Below, piece by piece: positions 51,568 through 61,399 of a stretch of DNA of 64,000 nt. The notes beneath the pieces were generated by a model. It had not been told where the DNA came from, searched no databases, and saw nothing but the letters and a program-made list of their open reading frames with translations. The position numbers and the translations under genes are program-made. Source of the DNA: Pseudonocardia sp. GTDB taxonomy: Bacteria > Actinomycetota > Actinomycetes > Mycobacteriales > Pseudonocardiaceae. Where the stretch lies: contig DATAZG010000057.1 of the NCBI GenBank assembly GCA_036272155.1, positions 2,547-66,546 on the forward strand. Direction: 5' to 3'. Within the stretch, counting starts at the first letter, position 1; the number at the start of each line of letters is the position of its first letter.

Positions 51568-52617
51568 GTGAGCGACACCTCCACTGCGTCGACCTCCCTT
51601 GCGTCGACCTCCACGGCGTCGGTCAACCGCGAGCTCGGCGCCGCGTTGTGCCGGTGGGCCCGGCACGGTGTCGGCGTGGTCCGGGTGCTGGAGCGGCACG
51701 GGTTCGGCACCGTCGAGCCCGGTCAGCTGCTGGCCGCCAGCGCGGCGGGGGAGACCGCCGGGCGGGTGTACCTCGGCGCGCTGGACACGGTGGCGGTGCC
51801 GCTGGCGCGGGCCGCGCTGGTCGGCCCCGGGGCGCGCAGTGCGCACGTCGCGGAGGAGCCGGCGGTGGCGGCCGGGCTGGCCTGCGCCGGCGGGGCGACG
51901 CTGCTCGGCCACCCGCTGCCCACCGAGCTGGCCGAGGCGCTCGGCAGCGCGCTCGCCGACGGGCACCCGGCCGCGCTGGCCAGCACCTCGGACGGCGCCC
52001 GCCAGCTGGTGCTGACCGGCCCCGAGCTGGCCGCCGAGCACGGTGGCCTCGGCGCCCCCGACGCGGACCGGGCGGTCGCCGAGGTGGCCAACCGGCTGCT
52101 CCGCCAGGGCGCCACCAGCACCGAGCGGATCACCGACGGCGGGCTGGACGTGCTGCTCGACCTCTGGGTCCCGGTGCCGTCGGTGCTCGTCGTCGGCCGG
52201 GGCGCGATCGGCGACGCGCTGCTGGCGCAGGCCGCGCTGCTGGGCTGGGTGGGCGAGCAGATCACCGAGCTGGCGCCGGCGCGGGCCGCCGTCACCGCGT
52301 TCACCGACGCCGACGTGCTGGTGCTGCTGGACCACGCGGGCAAGTTCGACGACGTGTTGCTGGACGGGATTGCGCGCGGCCGTGGCTTTCTCGGCGCGCT
52401 GGGCTCGCGGCGCACCCAGGCCGGCCGTCGCTCCCGGCTGCTCGCCGCCGGCCTGACCGAGGCCGACCTCGAGGCGCTGCACGCCCCGGTGGGGCTGGAC
52501 CTGGGTGCCCGCACCCCGGCGGAGACCGCCGTGTCGATCGTCGCCGAGGTGATCGCCGCCCGTGCCGGCCGCGCCGGCGTCGCGCTGGCCAGCAACGACG
52601 GTCGGATCGGCGCGTGA
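51568..52617 (+). CDS. XdhC/CoxI family protein
   Basis: GLACAGG, LGALGSRRT, PVGLDLGARTPAETAVSIVAEV. Confidence 0.88.
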   Translation: MSDTSTASTSLASTSTASVNRELGAALCRWARHGVGVVRVLERHGFGTVEPGQLLAASAAGETAGRVYLGALDTVAVPLARAALVGPGARSAHVAEEPAVAAGLACAGGATLLGHPLPTELAEALGSALADGHPAALASTSDGARQLVLTGPELAAEHGGLGAPDADRAVAEVANRLLRQGATSTERITDGGLDVLLDLWVPVPSVLVVGRGAIGDALLAQAALLGWVGEQITELAPARAAVTAFTDADVLVLLDHAGKFDDVLLDGIARGRGFLGALGSRRTQAGRRSRLLAAGLTEADLEALHAPVGLDLGARTPAETAVSIVAEVIAARAGRAGVALASNDGRIGA

Positions 52618-52642
52618 GCCGACTCGACACCGGCCGAGCCGA

Positions 52643-52690
52643 CCGCCCGGAGCAGCACCGCCCGGAGCAGCACCGCCCGGAGCAGCGCCC
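52643..52690. repeat. 15-bp tandem repeat CCGCCCGGAGCAGCA x3
   Basis: Read directly. Confidence 0.8.
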
Positions 52691-53437
52691 GTGAGCGCCT
52701 CACCCAGCCGCGCCCGCCCCCGACCGCCCGGCCACCGCGGGGGCCCCCAGGACATCTCCGGGTTCGACCACACGGGGCTGGCGGACACGGTCGACCTGGC
52801 CGCCGTGCGCCCGGCCCGGCCGCGCTGGCTGGTGCGCGCCGTCGTGGGCACCCTGCTCGTGGCCGGCCTGGTGGTCGGCGGCACCGCGTTCCGGGTCTGG
52901 CAGGTGGCCAGGGTCGACGACCGGCGGGCGGTGGACATCGTCGTGGTGCTCGGCGCCGCCCAGTACGACGGCTCGCCGAGCCCGATCTTCGCCGCCCGGC
53001 TCCGGCACGCCATGGACCTGTACGACCAGGGCGTCGCGGCACACATCGTGACCGTCGGCGGCCGCCGCGCCGGTGACGGCTACACCGAGGCGGAGGCCGG
53101 CCGGCGGTACCTGGTGGACCGGGGTGTGCGCGGCGACGCGGTGGTGGCGATCGGCGAGGGCTCGGACACCCTCGGCAGCCTGCGCAGCGTGGCCGCCACC
53201 GCCGACCAGCGGGGCTGGCACACGGCGCTCCTGGTCAGCGACCCGTGGCACTCGCTGCGCGCCCGCACGATGGCGCGCGACACGGGGCTGGAGGCGTGGA
53301 CCTCGCCGACCCACAGCGGCCCGGTGGTGCGCACCAGGGAGACCCAGGTGCGCTACATCGTCCGGGAGACCGCCGCGCTGCTGTTCTACCGGCTCACCCA
53401 TGCCTCCGTGGAGACCGAGGGATCCGGGCTCGGGTGA
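52691..53437 (+). CDS. YdcF/DUF218 family membrane protein (start uncertain)
   Basis: VVLGAAQYDG, RLRHA, TEAEAG, VSDPWHSLRA. Confidence 0.88.
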   Translation: MSASPSRARPRPPGHRGGPQDISGFDHTGLADTVDLAAVRPARPRWLVRAVVGTLLVAGLVVGGTAFRVWQVARVDDRRAVDIVVVLGAAQYDGSPSPIFAARLRHAMDLYDQGVAAHIVTVGGRRAGDGYTEAEAGRRYLVDRGVRGDAVVAIGEGSDTLGSLRSVAATADQRGWHTALLVSDPWHSLRARTMARDTGLEAWTSPTHSGPVVRTRETQVRYIVRETAALLFYRLTHASVETEGSGLG

Positions 53438-54789
53438 GCCACCACTTCGACTACGGCGAGCACGAGCGCGCCAGGATGCTGCCGGAGGGGCCGAAGCGCT
53501 CCGCGCTGGGCAGTGCGACGCGGCGGGAGCAGCGCGGCCCGTTCGCCAGGGACCGGGCCAGGGTGCTGCACTCGGCGGCGCTGCGCCGGCTGGCCGGCAA
53601 GACGCAGGTGGTCGGCCCCGGTGAGGGCGCGGAGATCACCGGTATGCCCCGGACGCGGTTGACGCACTCGCTGGAGGTCGCCCAGATCGGCCGGTCGATC
53701 GCCGAGGAGCTGGGCTGCGACCCGGACGTGGTGGACACCGCGGGCCTGGCGCACGACATCGGGCACCCGCCGTTCGGGCACAACGGGGAGTGGGCGCTGG
53801 ACCAGGTCGCCGCCCGGTGCGGCGGGTTCGAGGGCAACGCGCAGACGCTGCGCACCCTGGTCCGGCTGGAGCCGAAGATCGTCGGTGGCGGGCTGAACCT
53901 GACCAGGGCCTCGCTGGACGCCGCCTGCAAGTACCCCTGGCCGGCCCGGCCCGCCGCCCCGGCGGCGGCCCAGCCTGGCGCGCCGGCCCCGCCCGCCGGT
54001 CCGGCAGCTCCGTCGCCGGACCTGACGCGGCGGCCCAGTCGGCGCAAGTACGGCGTCTACGCCGAGGACCTGGCGGCGTTCGAGTGGCTGCGGGAGGGCG
54101 CGCCGGAGGACCGGCAGTGCCTGGAGGCGCAGGTGATGGACTGGTCGGACGACGTGGCGTACTCGGTGCACGACGTCGAGGACGGCATCCTGGCCGGCCG
54201 GATCAGCCTCGCCGCGCTGGCCGACCCGACCGAGCGGGCCGCCCTGGTCACGCTGGCCGCCCGCAGCTTCGGCGCGGACCGGGGGGCGTGCGAGGCGGCC
54301 GGCGTGCGGCTGCTGGAGCTGCCGGTGGTGGCCGCCGCGCGGGAGCTCGACCCGGCCGCGATCGGCACCGGCGGCCAGGTGCTGCTCAAGCGGATGACCA
54401 GCGAGCTGGTGAACCGGTTCGTGGCGGCGGCGGTGGACGCCACGCGCGCGCGCCACGGCGACGGGCCGTTGGGTCGGTACGTGGCCGAGCTGGTGGTGCC
54501 GGCGCCGGTGGCCGCCGAGGTGGCGCTGCTCAAGGCGGTCGCGGTGCGCTATGTGATGGCCGACCCGGTCCGGCTGCGGCTGCAGGCCGAGCAGCGCGCG
54601 CTCGTGGCCGAGCTCGCCGAGGCGATCGCGCTGGGCGCCCCGGACACGCTCAGCGGCGGGCTGCGGGAGGCGTGGCGGGACGCGCCGGACGACGCCGCGC
54701 ACTGGCGGGTGGTGGTGGACCAGGTGGCCGCGCTGACCGACCAGCAGGCCTACGCCTGGCACGACCGACTGGTCCGCAAGGAGACCTGA
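53434..54789 (+). CDS. dgt: Deoxyguanosinetriphosphate triphosphohydrolase
   Basis: RDRARVLHSAALRRLAGKTQV, RTRLTHSLEV, HDIGHPPFGHNGE, DDVAYSVHD. Confidence 0.96.
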   Translation: MSHHFDYGEHERARMLPEGPKRSALGSATRREQRGPFARDRARVLHSAALRRLAGKTQVVGPGEGAEITGMPRTRLTHSLEVAQIGRSIAEELGCDPDVVDTAGLAHDIGHPPFGHNGEWALDQVAARCGGFEGNAQTLRTLVRLEPKIVGGGLNLTRASLDAACKYPWPARPAAPAAAQPGAPAPPAGPAAPSPDLTRRPSRRKYGVYAEDLAAFEWLREGAPEDRQCLEAQVMDWSDDVAYSVHDVEDGILAGRISLAALADPTERAALVTLAARSFGADRGACEAAGVRLLELPVVAAARELDPAAIGTGGQVLLKRMTSELVNRFVAAAVDATRARHGDGPLGRYVAELVVPAPVAAEVALLKAVAVRYVMADPVRLRLQAEQRALVAELAEAIALGAPDTLSGGLREAWRDAPDDAAHWRVVVDQVAALTDQQAYAWHDRLVRKET

Positions 54790-55278
54790 ACACCGATTTC
54801 CGAGTGGGCGCCATCACGCCGACCGACAACTTATTGCGCGTGGCGTGAAGTTATATCGTCGGCGAGGCGAGTGAACATACTCGTCAAAATTGAGTGTAGT
54901 GGGCCGCCGTCGCTCTAAGTTATGTTTTGAGTCGTGTCCGTACCGCTGGTCAGCGTGGTCGTCTCGACCCGCGCTCAACCGGTATGGCTGGCGCGGGCTG
55001 CGGTACGCCTGCGCTCGGCCGCGTTTGTCGGCCGCGCCGCCGCGGTCCCGGACAATGCTCATCAATTGCACACCGGAAACAGTTCCGAATATCGGGGTGA
55101 CGTGGCCCGGCTCGATCGCCGGGACATTCGGCTAAATCTGGGGAATTCACTGGAATAACGATCGTTGCCGCGGCCTGGGGGTAGGTCGCGCGTTCGCTGA
55201 CGTCCGCCGAGAGTGGCGCACCCGCTCGCCGTGCCGGACTTCGTGCGCTGTGGCGCACGGTGGGGGGAGGAGATCTCT

Positions 55279-56340
55279 GTGCAGGTGCTGCGAGTGCTGC
55301 CCGAAGCCCGGAGCGCCCATTTCGAGAGGTCTCGGCCGGCACCGGACCGGGTCACGATCTACGTCTCGCGGTACCGCGACCTGGATCCGAGCTCGATGTG
55401 GCCGGGCACCCGGCAGGTGAGCACGGCGTCGGCGTGGCTGTGGGCGTTCCGCAGGCGCTGGGACGTGGTGCAGCTGCCCGAGCCGCTGTGGCTGCGCGCA
55501 CTGCCGCTGACCTTCTCGGTCGGCCTGGCGGTGCGGCTGTCCGACCTGGTGTTCCGGCGCAAGACCTGGATCGGGACCTACGCGATGGAGAACAACGACT
55601 CCTCGGCATTGCTGCGAGGTATACCGGGCGGCGCGCACGGAGTTTTGTTCGGAATTGTCCGGTTGCTGTGCGGGCTGATTTTCGATCGCGTCGCATTGGC
55701 CAGCGCGGCGGCGAATGAATGCTATGTGGATCTGCGCCTGCTGCCGAGGAAGGCCACCACGGCGCAGTTCCAGGATCTGCCTCAGCAATGCCTCGCCGAG
55801 TCGGCCGAGAAGGTCCGCCGGGTGACGTTCATGGGTGTGTTGGAACCCCGCAAGGGAGTGCCGGACCTGCTGGCGGCCTGGACGAAGTCGGGGCTCGGCG
55901 CGGACGGCTGGACGCTGGCGCTGGCCGGGGCCGGGCCGCTCGCCGACGACGTGGCGCGGGCCGCCGCTGCCGACGCGTCGGTGACCGCGCTCGGCATGAT
56001 CGACCGGAGCGAGATGCACGAGCTCATGGCCAGTAGCTCGGTCGTGGTGCTGCCGTCGCGGCGGGACGGCCGCTGGAGGGAGCAGATCGGCCTGCCGATC
56101 GTCGAGGGACTGGCCCACGGCTGTCACGTGGTGGCCACCCCGGACACCGGGCTCCGCGAGTGGCTCCGGAGCCATGGGCACCACGTGCTGCCGGAGCAGT
56201 TCACCGTGGCCGACCTGGCCACCGCGCTGTGCGACGCCACCCGGAACCCGCTGGACCCGGGCGCGGTCCGGGCCGCCCTGCCGGCCCTGGACTGCCGGAT
56301 CCGCGCGGAGAACTGGATGCGCGAGGCCGCCACCGCATGA
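55279..56340 (+). CDS. GT4-family glycosyltransferase
   Basis: GVLEPRKG, EQIGLPIVEGLAHG; GGAGGA RBS before GTG 55279. Confidence 0.85.
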   Translation: MQVLRVLPEARSAHFERSRPAPDRVTIYVSRYRDLDPSSMWPGTRQVSTASAWLWAFRRRWDVVQLPEPLWLRALPLTFSVGLAVRLSDLVFRRKTWIGTYAMENNDSSALLRGIPGGAHGVLFGIVRLLCGLIFDRVALASAAANECYVDLRLLPRKATTAQFQDLPQQCLAESAEKVRRVTFMGVLEPRKGVPDLLAAWTKSGLGADGWTLALAGAGPLADDVARAAAADASVTALGMIDRSEMHELMASSSVVVLPSRRDGRWREQIGLPIVEGLAHGCHVVATPDTGLREWLRSHGHHVLPEQFTVADLATALCDATRNPLDPGAVRAALPALDCRIRAENWMREAATA

Positions 56341-56442
56341 CCCCCGCACCGGCTGACCACCCGTACCGACCGCACCGGGCAACCGCCGTGATCCACCGCC
56401 GCCCGCACTCCTGCCGCCCGCACTCCTGAAGGAGCTCTCACG

Positions 56443-57765
56443 ATGTTCGTTCGCCGGATCGCCGTAGTCGGCAGTGGATACGTCGGGTTGACCACCGGCG
56501 CCTGCCTGGCGTCGCTGGGCCACCGGGTGGTCTGTGCCGACGTGGACGCGGAGAAGATCGCCAGGCTGCGCGACGGGGTGGTGGACATCCTGGAGCCGGG
56601 GCTTTCCGAGCTGGTCGCGGAGGGGATGGCCGCCGGCCGGCTGCAGTTCGTGCTCGGGGCGCGCAACGCGATCGCCCCGGTGGCCGGTTCGGAGGGCGAT
56701 ACCGAGGACCCGGTCGAGGTGGTGTTCCTGTGCGTGCCGACGCCGATGGGTGAGGGTGGCGCGGCTGACCTGGCGGCGGTGGAGGCGGTGGCGCACGAGG
56801 TGCGGGACCTGCTGCCGCGTGGGTGTGTGGTGGTGAACAAGTCGACGGTGCCGGTGGGGACGGCGGCGCGGACGAAGGCGTTGTTGGGACGTCGGGACGT
56901 GGCGGTGGTGTCGAATCCGGAGTTCCTGCGTGAGGGTTCGGCGGTGCACGACTTCCTGAACCCGGATCGGATCGTCGTGGGCTGTGACCAGCAGGATGCG
57001 GCGGAGCGGGTGGCCGCGCTGTATTCGCGGCTCGGGGCGCCGACATTGCTGACCGATGCCGCGAGTGCGGAGATGGTGAAGTATGCGGCCAACTGTTTCC
57101 TGGCGATGAAACTGTCGTACGTGAATGCGATGGCGGAGTTGTGCGAGCGGTTGGGCGCGGATGTGCACGAGGTGACCGAGGGAATGGGGTACGACCGCCG
57201 GATCGGGCAGGCGTTCCTGAAGCCCGGGCCGGGGTGGGGTGGGTCGTGCCTGCCGAAGGACACCCATGCGCTGATGCAGATCTCCGATGCGGCGGGGTTT
57301 GACTTTCCGCTGTTGACCGCGTCGTTGGAGACCAACCAGCGCCAGGCCGGGCGGATGGTGGCGAAGGTGCGGGCGGCGGTGGGTGGCTCGTTGGCCGCGA
57401 AGCGGATCGGGCTGCTGGGGCTCACGTTCAAGGCCGGCACCGACGACCTGCGGGACTCGCCGGCGTTGGCGGTGGCGGAGGCACTGCGGGCCGAGGGGGC
57501 GGAGCTGACCGGCTTCGACCCGGGGTGCCGTGGCGCCGTGGCGGGTGTGACCGACGGGATCGCGGTGGCCGACGACGCGATGGCGGCGGCGAAGGACGCG
57601 GACGCGATCGTGGTGTTGACCGAGTGGCCGGAGTTCCGGGCGCTGGACTGGCCGGCGCTGGCCAAGGTCGCCGCGAGCCGCACGGTGATCGACACCCGCA
57701 ACCTGCTCGACCCGGATGTCGTGCGTCGCGCCGGCTTCTCCTGGGTGGGCGTAGGCAGCCGCTGA
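56443..57765 (+). CDS. ugd: UDP-glucose/GDP-mannose dehydrogenase
   Basis: GSGYVG, CVPTP, SNPEFLREG, GGSCLPKD, FKAGTDDLRDS. Confidence 0.93.
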   Translation: MFVRRIAVVGSGYVGLTTGACLASLGHRVVCADVDAEKIARLRDGVVDILEPGLSELVAEGMAAGRLQFVLGARNAIAPVAGSEGDTEDPVEVVFLCVPTPMGEGGAADLAAVEAVAHEVRDLLPRGCVVVNKSTVPVGTAARTKALLGRRDVAVVSNPEFLREGSAVHDFLNPDRIVVGCDQQDAAERVAALYSRLGAPTLLTDAASAEMVKYAANCFLAMKLSYVNAMAELCERLGADVHEVTEGMGYDRRIGQAFLKPGPGWGGSCLPKDTHALMQISDAAGFDFPLLTASLETNQRQAGRMVAKVRAAVGGSLAAKRIGLLGLTFKAGTDDLRDSPALAVAEALRAEGAELTGFDPGCRGAVAGVTDGIAVADDAMAAAKDADAIVVLTEWPEFRALDWPALAKVAASRTVIDTRNLLDPDVVRRAGFSWVGVGSR

Positions 57766-57774
57766 CCGGCGCCC

Positions 57775-57863
57775 GCCCCTGTCTCGGTGATCATCAGGTC
57801 GTGAGGGCTGTTGACCAGGCCCCCCGGCGGCCCTGGTGCCCTGGTGATCACCGAGGCAGGGGC
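57775..57863. terminator. Long inverted repeat between convergent ugd and permease genes
   Basis: GCCCCTGTCTCGGTGATCA ... TGATCACCGAGGCAGGGGC. Confidence 0.6.
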
Positions 57864-57879
57864 CGGCGGCCGGCCAGCC

Positions 57880-59490
57880 TCAGCCCGCCAGCAGGTGCCC
57901 GATGATCACGGTGAGTACGCCGCCGGCCAGCGCGAGGTAGGGGCGGATCCCGGCGCGGCGGGTGGCCGCGGTCGCGGGCAGCGCACCGCTTGCGTCGCTC
58001 GGCGTGTACATCGAGGCCGGGAACTTGCCGCCGTCCCGCACGTAGTGCCGGAACGCGAACACCGGCACGATCAGCGCGGCGAACACCAGCCCGGTGATCA
58101 GCGCGCCGCCGCCCCACACGTTCGCGCCCCAGCCGAGCAGCAGCGCGTTGACGAAGGCCAGCAGGCCGCCGACCGCGATCAGCACGGTGGGTGCCCGCCA
58201 CGGCCGGTGCAGGTGTGCGTTGTCCACCCGGTGCAGCCAGCCGGCGTTCAGGTTCAGGAAGTTGAAGATCATGTAGCAGACCGTGGACGCGGCGAGCACG
58301 AACACGTAGTCGCTCATCAGCAACAGCAGCAGGTTGAAGCACAGGTCGGTCCACATCGCCCTGGTCGGCGCGCCGTGCCGGTTGACCCTGCCCAGGTAGC
58401 GGGGCAGCCAGCCGTCCACCGAGCCCTGGTACAGCGTCCGCGACGAGCCGGCCATCGTCGTCATGATCGACAGCAGCAGCGCCAGCACGAGCATCACGAT
58501 GAGCAGGTTGCCGATCACCGCCCCGCCGCCGACCATCTGCACCATCGCGGCGCCCACCCCGGTGCCGTCCACGATCGGCTTGCTGACCAGCTGGTCCAGC
58601 CCCAGCGCGCCCTGGAACGTGAGCGGCACCAGCACGAAGATCACCAGGCAGACCAGACCGGACGAGAAGATCGCCTTCACGGTGTCGCGGCCGGGGTCCT
58701 TCAGCTCGCTGGTGTAGCAGACCGACGTCTCGAACGCGTACGCCGACCACGCCGCCAGGAACAGCCCGCCGGCGAACAGCGTCCAGCCGGCGTGGTCCCA
58801 GTGCCCGCTGACCGGCACGAACGGCAGGAAGTTGCGCGACGCCACGTCACCGGTCAGCAGCGGCACCAGGCCGACCACCAGCAGCGGCACCAGCACCGCG
58901 AGCCCGACGACCGTCTGCACCCGCGCCGCCCGCAGGATGCCGTGGTGCTGCAGCGCGAAGACCAGCAGCAACAGCGCCGCCGCGATCAGGAACTGGGCGT
59001 TGAACCGCAGCGCCAGCCCCTCCTTGAGCGCGCCGAGGTCGACGAGCTGCACCGACCACGTGTTGATCGTCGCGTCCGGCGGGAACAGCGCGGTCAGCAG
59101 GTACCCCGAGCCCAGCCCGCCCCCGATCGCCAGCACGGGTGACCAGGCCAGCCAGTTGCACCACACCGAGACCGGCGCGACGAACTTGGAGTACGGCACC
59201 CAGGCCATCGCCCCGTACACCGACGCCCCGCCCGACTTGTTCGGGAACATGCCGGCGATCTCGGCGTAGGTGAAGCTCTGGATCAGTCCGAGGGTCACCG
59301 ACACCGCCCAGACCAGCACCGACACCGTGCCCACCGTCGACGCGATGGACCCGATGGAGAACAGCACCAGCGCCGGCACCCCGCTGGCCACCCAGAACGC
59401 GCCGGTCCAGGTGATCGAGCGGGACAGTGTGCCGTGCTCGGCGGCCGGGACCCCGGTAGCCGTCGTGGATGCCTTGGAAGTCTCGGTCAT
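57880..59490 (-). CDS. APC-family amino acid/amine permease
   Basis: AFWVASGVPALVLFSIG, YAEIAGMFPNKSGG, AAWSAYAFET. Confidence 0.92.
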   Translation of the reverse strand: MTETSKASTTATGVPAAEHGTLSRSITWTGAFWVASGVPALVLFSIGSIASTVGTVSVLVWAVSVTLGLIQSFTYAEIAGMFPNKSGGASVYGAMAWVPYSKFVAPVSVWCNWLAWSPVLAIGGGLGSGYLLTALFPPDATINTWSVQLVDLGALKEGLALRFNAQFLIAAALLLLVFALQHHGILRAARVQTVVGLAVLVPLLVVGLVPLLTGDVASRNFLPFVPVSGHWDHAGWTLFAGGLFLAAWSAYAFETSVCYTSELKDPGRDTVKAIFSSGLVCLVIFVLVPLTFQGALGLDQLVSKPIVDGTGVGAAMVQMVGGGAVIGNLLIVMLVLALLLSIMTTMAGSSRTLYQGSVDGWLPRYLGRVNRHGAPTRAMWTDLCFNLLLLLMSDYVFVLAASTVCYMIFNFLNLNAGWLHRVDNAHLHRPWRAPTVLIAVGGLLAFVNALLLGWGANVWGGGALITGLVFAALIVPVFAFRHYVRDGGKFPASMYTPSDASGALPATAATRRAGIRPYLALAGGVLTVIIGHLLAG

Positions 59491-59524
59491 GACGGCTCCA
59501 TAGATGTGGTGGGAGCAGTGCGAG

Positions 59525-59992
59525 TCAGTGGAGGGGTTTCTCCCAGCCGGTGAGGGTGGGTGGGCGCCAGTTGTCGCCGACGGTGGCGGAACCGGCCAGC
59601 CAGGAACCGAGCTCGGGCTGGGCGAACTTGGCGTGCGTGTGCTTGAGCCAGATGCCGTAGGAGTTGCCCTCCTGCAGGTGCTTGATCAGCACCTTGCGGG
59701 CGAACTCGTCCTCGCGGCCGGGCGGGATGTCGAAATAGATCTTCAGGAACGCGTTGGTGTAGCGGTCGAAGACGGCGGTCTGGCCGTCCTCGGTCATCAG
59801 GTAGACGTCCTCCAGCCAGTTCAGGTCCGCACCGGGGGTGGCGGCCATCAGGTCCACGTCCTCGACCAGTGACCGGTCGAACTGGTACGGGAACGTGCGG
59901 CCGGTCAGCTCCTCGGTGTCGATGCCGGAGCGGGTGGTCAGGTGCCGCTTGGCCGGGTCGAAGGACGGCGTCGGCAGCGAAACCTCAGACAT
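59525..59992 (-). CDS. Hypothetical 155-aa soluble protein in the mgs operon
   Basis: Overlaps the mgsC stop; typical codon bias; no family recognised. Confidence 0.78.
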   Translation of the reverse strand: MSEVSLPTPSFDPAKRHLTTRSGIDTEELTGRTFPYQFDRSLVEDVDLMAATPGADLNWLEDVYLMTEDGQTAVFDRYTNAFLKIYFDIPPGREDEFARKVLIKHLQEGNSYGIWLKHTHAKFAQPELGSWLAGSATVGDNWRPPTLTGWEKPLH

Positions 59993-61397
59993 CCCGTGAC
60001 CCCCTGCCGAACCCGTTCGCCAGCTCCTTGGTCAGCAGGCTCTTGATCTCGGCCAGGGTGCGCTCCTCGGTGACCCCGGGGATGTAGTTCGTGCCGGCCA
60101 GCGGGACCTTCGCCATCGCGGCCGCCTCGGTGGTCAGCGCGCACAGGTCCTCCGGCTCGAGGCTGTGCACGTTCGTCTTGCCGCACGCCCTGGCCAGCAT
60201 CTGCACCTCGAGCGTCAGGGTGTGCAGGAAGTTGTAGACGCGCTCGGCGGCGGAGTCGACCTCGAGCCGTTTGCGCAGCTCAGGGTCCTGGGTGGCCACG
60301 CCGACCGGGCAGCGGCCGGTGTGGCAGTGGTAGCACTTGCCGGCCGGCACGCCCACCGTGCCCTCGTAGTCGGTGATCCCGGGCAGCTCCTTGTTGCAGT
60401 TGAGCGCCATCAGCGACGAGTGCCCGATGGCGATCGCGGTGGCGCCCAGGGCCAGTGCCTTGGCCACGTCGCCGCCGTTGCGGATGCCGCCCGCGACGAC
60501 CAGGTCGATCTCGTCGGCCAGTCCGACGTCCTCCAGCGCCCGGCGGGCCTCCGGGATGGCGGCCATCAGCGGGATGCCGGTCTCCTCGGCGGCGATGTGC
60601 GGCCCGGCCCCGGTGCCCCCTTCGGCGCCGTCCAGGTAGATGATGTCCGGTCCGCACTTGGCGGCCATCCGGACGTCGTCGTAGACCCGCGCGGCGCCCA
60701 GCTTGAGCTGGATCGGCACCTGGTAGTCGGTGGCCTCGCGGATCTCCTGGACCTTCAGCGACAGGTCATCGGGGCCGAGCCAGTCCGGGTGCCTCGCCGG
60801 GCTCCTCTGGTCAATACCGGCCGGCAAAGAGCGCATCTCGGCGACCTGCTCGGTCACCTTCTGGCCCATCAGGTGCCCGCCCAGGCCGACCTTGCAGCCC
60901 TGGCCGATGAAGAACTCCACGGCGTCGGCCAGCATGAGGTGATGCGGGTTGAACCCGTACCGGCTCTGGATCACCTGGTAGTACCACTTGGTGGACAGGT
61001 CCCGCTCCGGCGGGATCATGCCGCCCTCCCCGGAACAGGTCGCGGTACCGGCCATCGAGGCGCCCTTGGCCAGCGCCATCTTGGCCTCCAGGGACAGCGC
61101 CCCGAAGCTCATCCCGGTGATGTAGATCGGGATGTCCAGCTCGATCGGCTTCTTCGCGAACCGGGCGCCGAGCACCGTCTTGGTCGCGCACTTCTCGCGG
61201 TAGCCCTCGATCACGAACCGGGTCAGCGTGCCCGGCAGGAACATCAGCTCGTCCCAGTGCGGGATCGGTTTGAACATCGAGAAGCCGCGCATCCGGTACC
61301 GGCCGAGCTCGGCCTTGGTGTGGATGTCGTTGATGACGTCCGGGGTGAAGATCCGGCTGTGTCCCAGCACGTGCTTGTTGTCGGTGCCGTCGGCCAT
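59985..61397 (-). CDS. mgsC: FMN-binding glutamate-synthase-family protein (N-methylglutamate synthase C-like)
   Basis: GMSFGALS, GEGG, GQGCKVGLGGHL, RHPDWLGPDDL, CYHCHTGRCPVGV. Confidence 0.82.
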   Translation of the reverse strand: MADGTDNKHVLGHSRIFTPDVINDIHTKAELGRYRMRGFSMFKPIPHWDELMFLPGTLTRFVIEGYREKCATKTVLGARFAKKPIELDIPIYITGMSFGALSLEAKMALAKGASMAGTATCSGEGGMIPPERDLSTKWYYQVIQSRYGFNPHHLMLADAVEFFIGQGCKVGLGGHLMGQKVTEQVAEMRSLPAGIDQRSPARHPDWLGPDDLSLKVQEIREATDYQVPIQLKLGAARVYDDVRMAAKCGPDIIYLDGAEGGTGAGPHIAAEETGIPLMAAIPEARRALEDVGLADEIDLVVAGGIRNGGDVAKALALGATAIAIGHSSLMALNCNKELPGITDYEGTVGVPAGKCYHCHTGRCPVGVATQDPELRKRLEVDSAAERVYNFLHTLTLEVQMLARACGKTNVHSLEPEDLCALTTEAAAMAKVPLAGTNYIPGVTEERTLAEIKSLLTKELANGFGRGSRDV

Positions 61398-61399
61398 GC

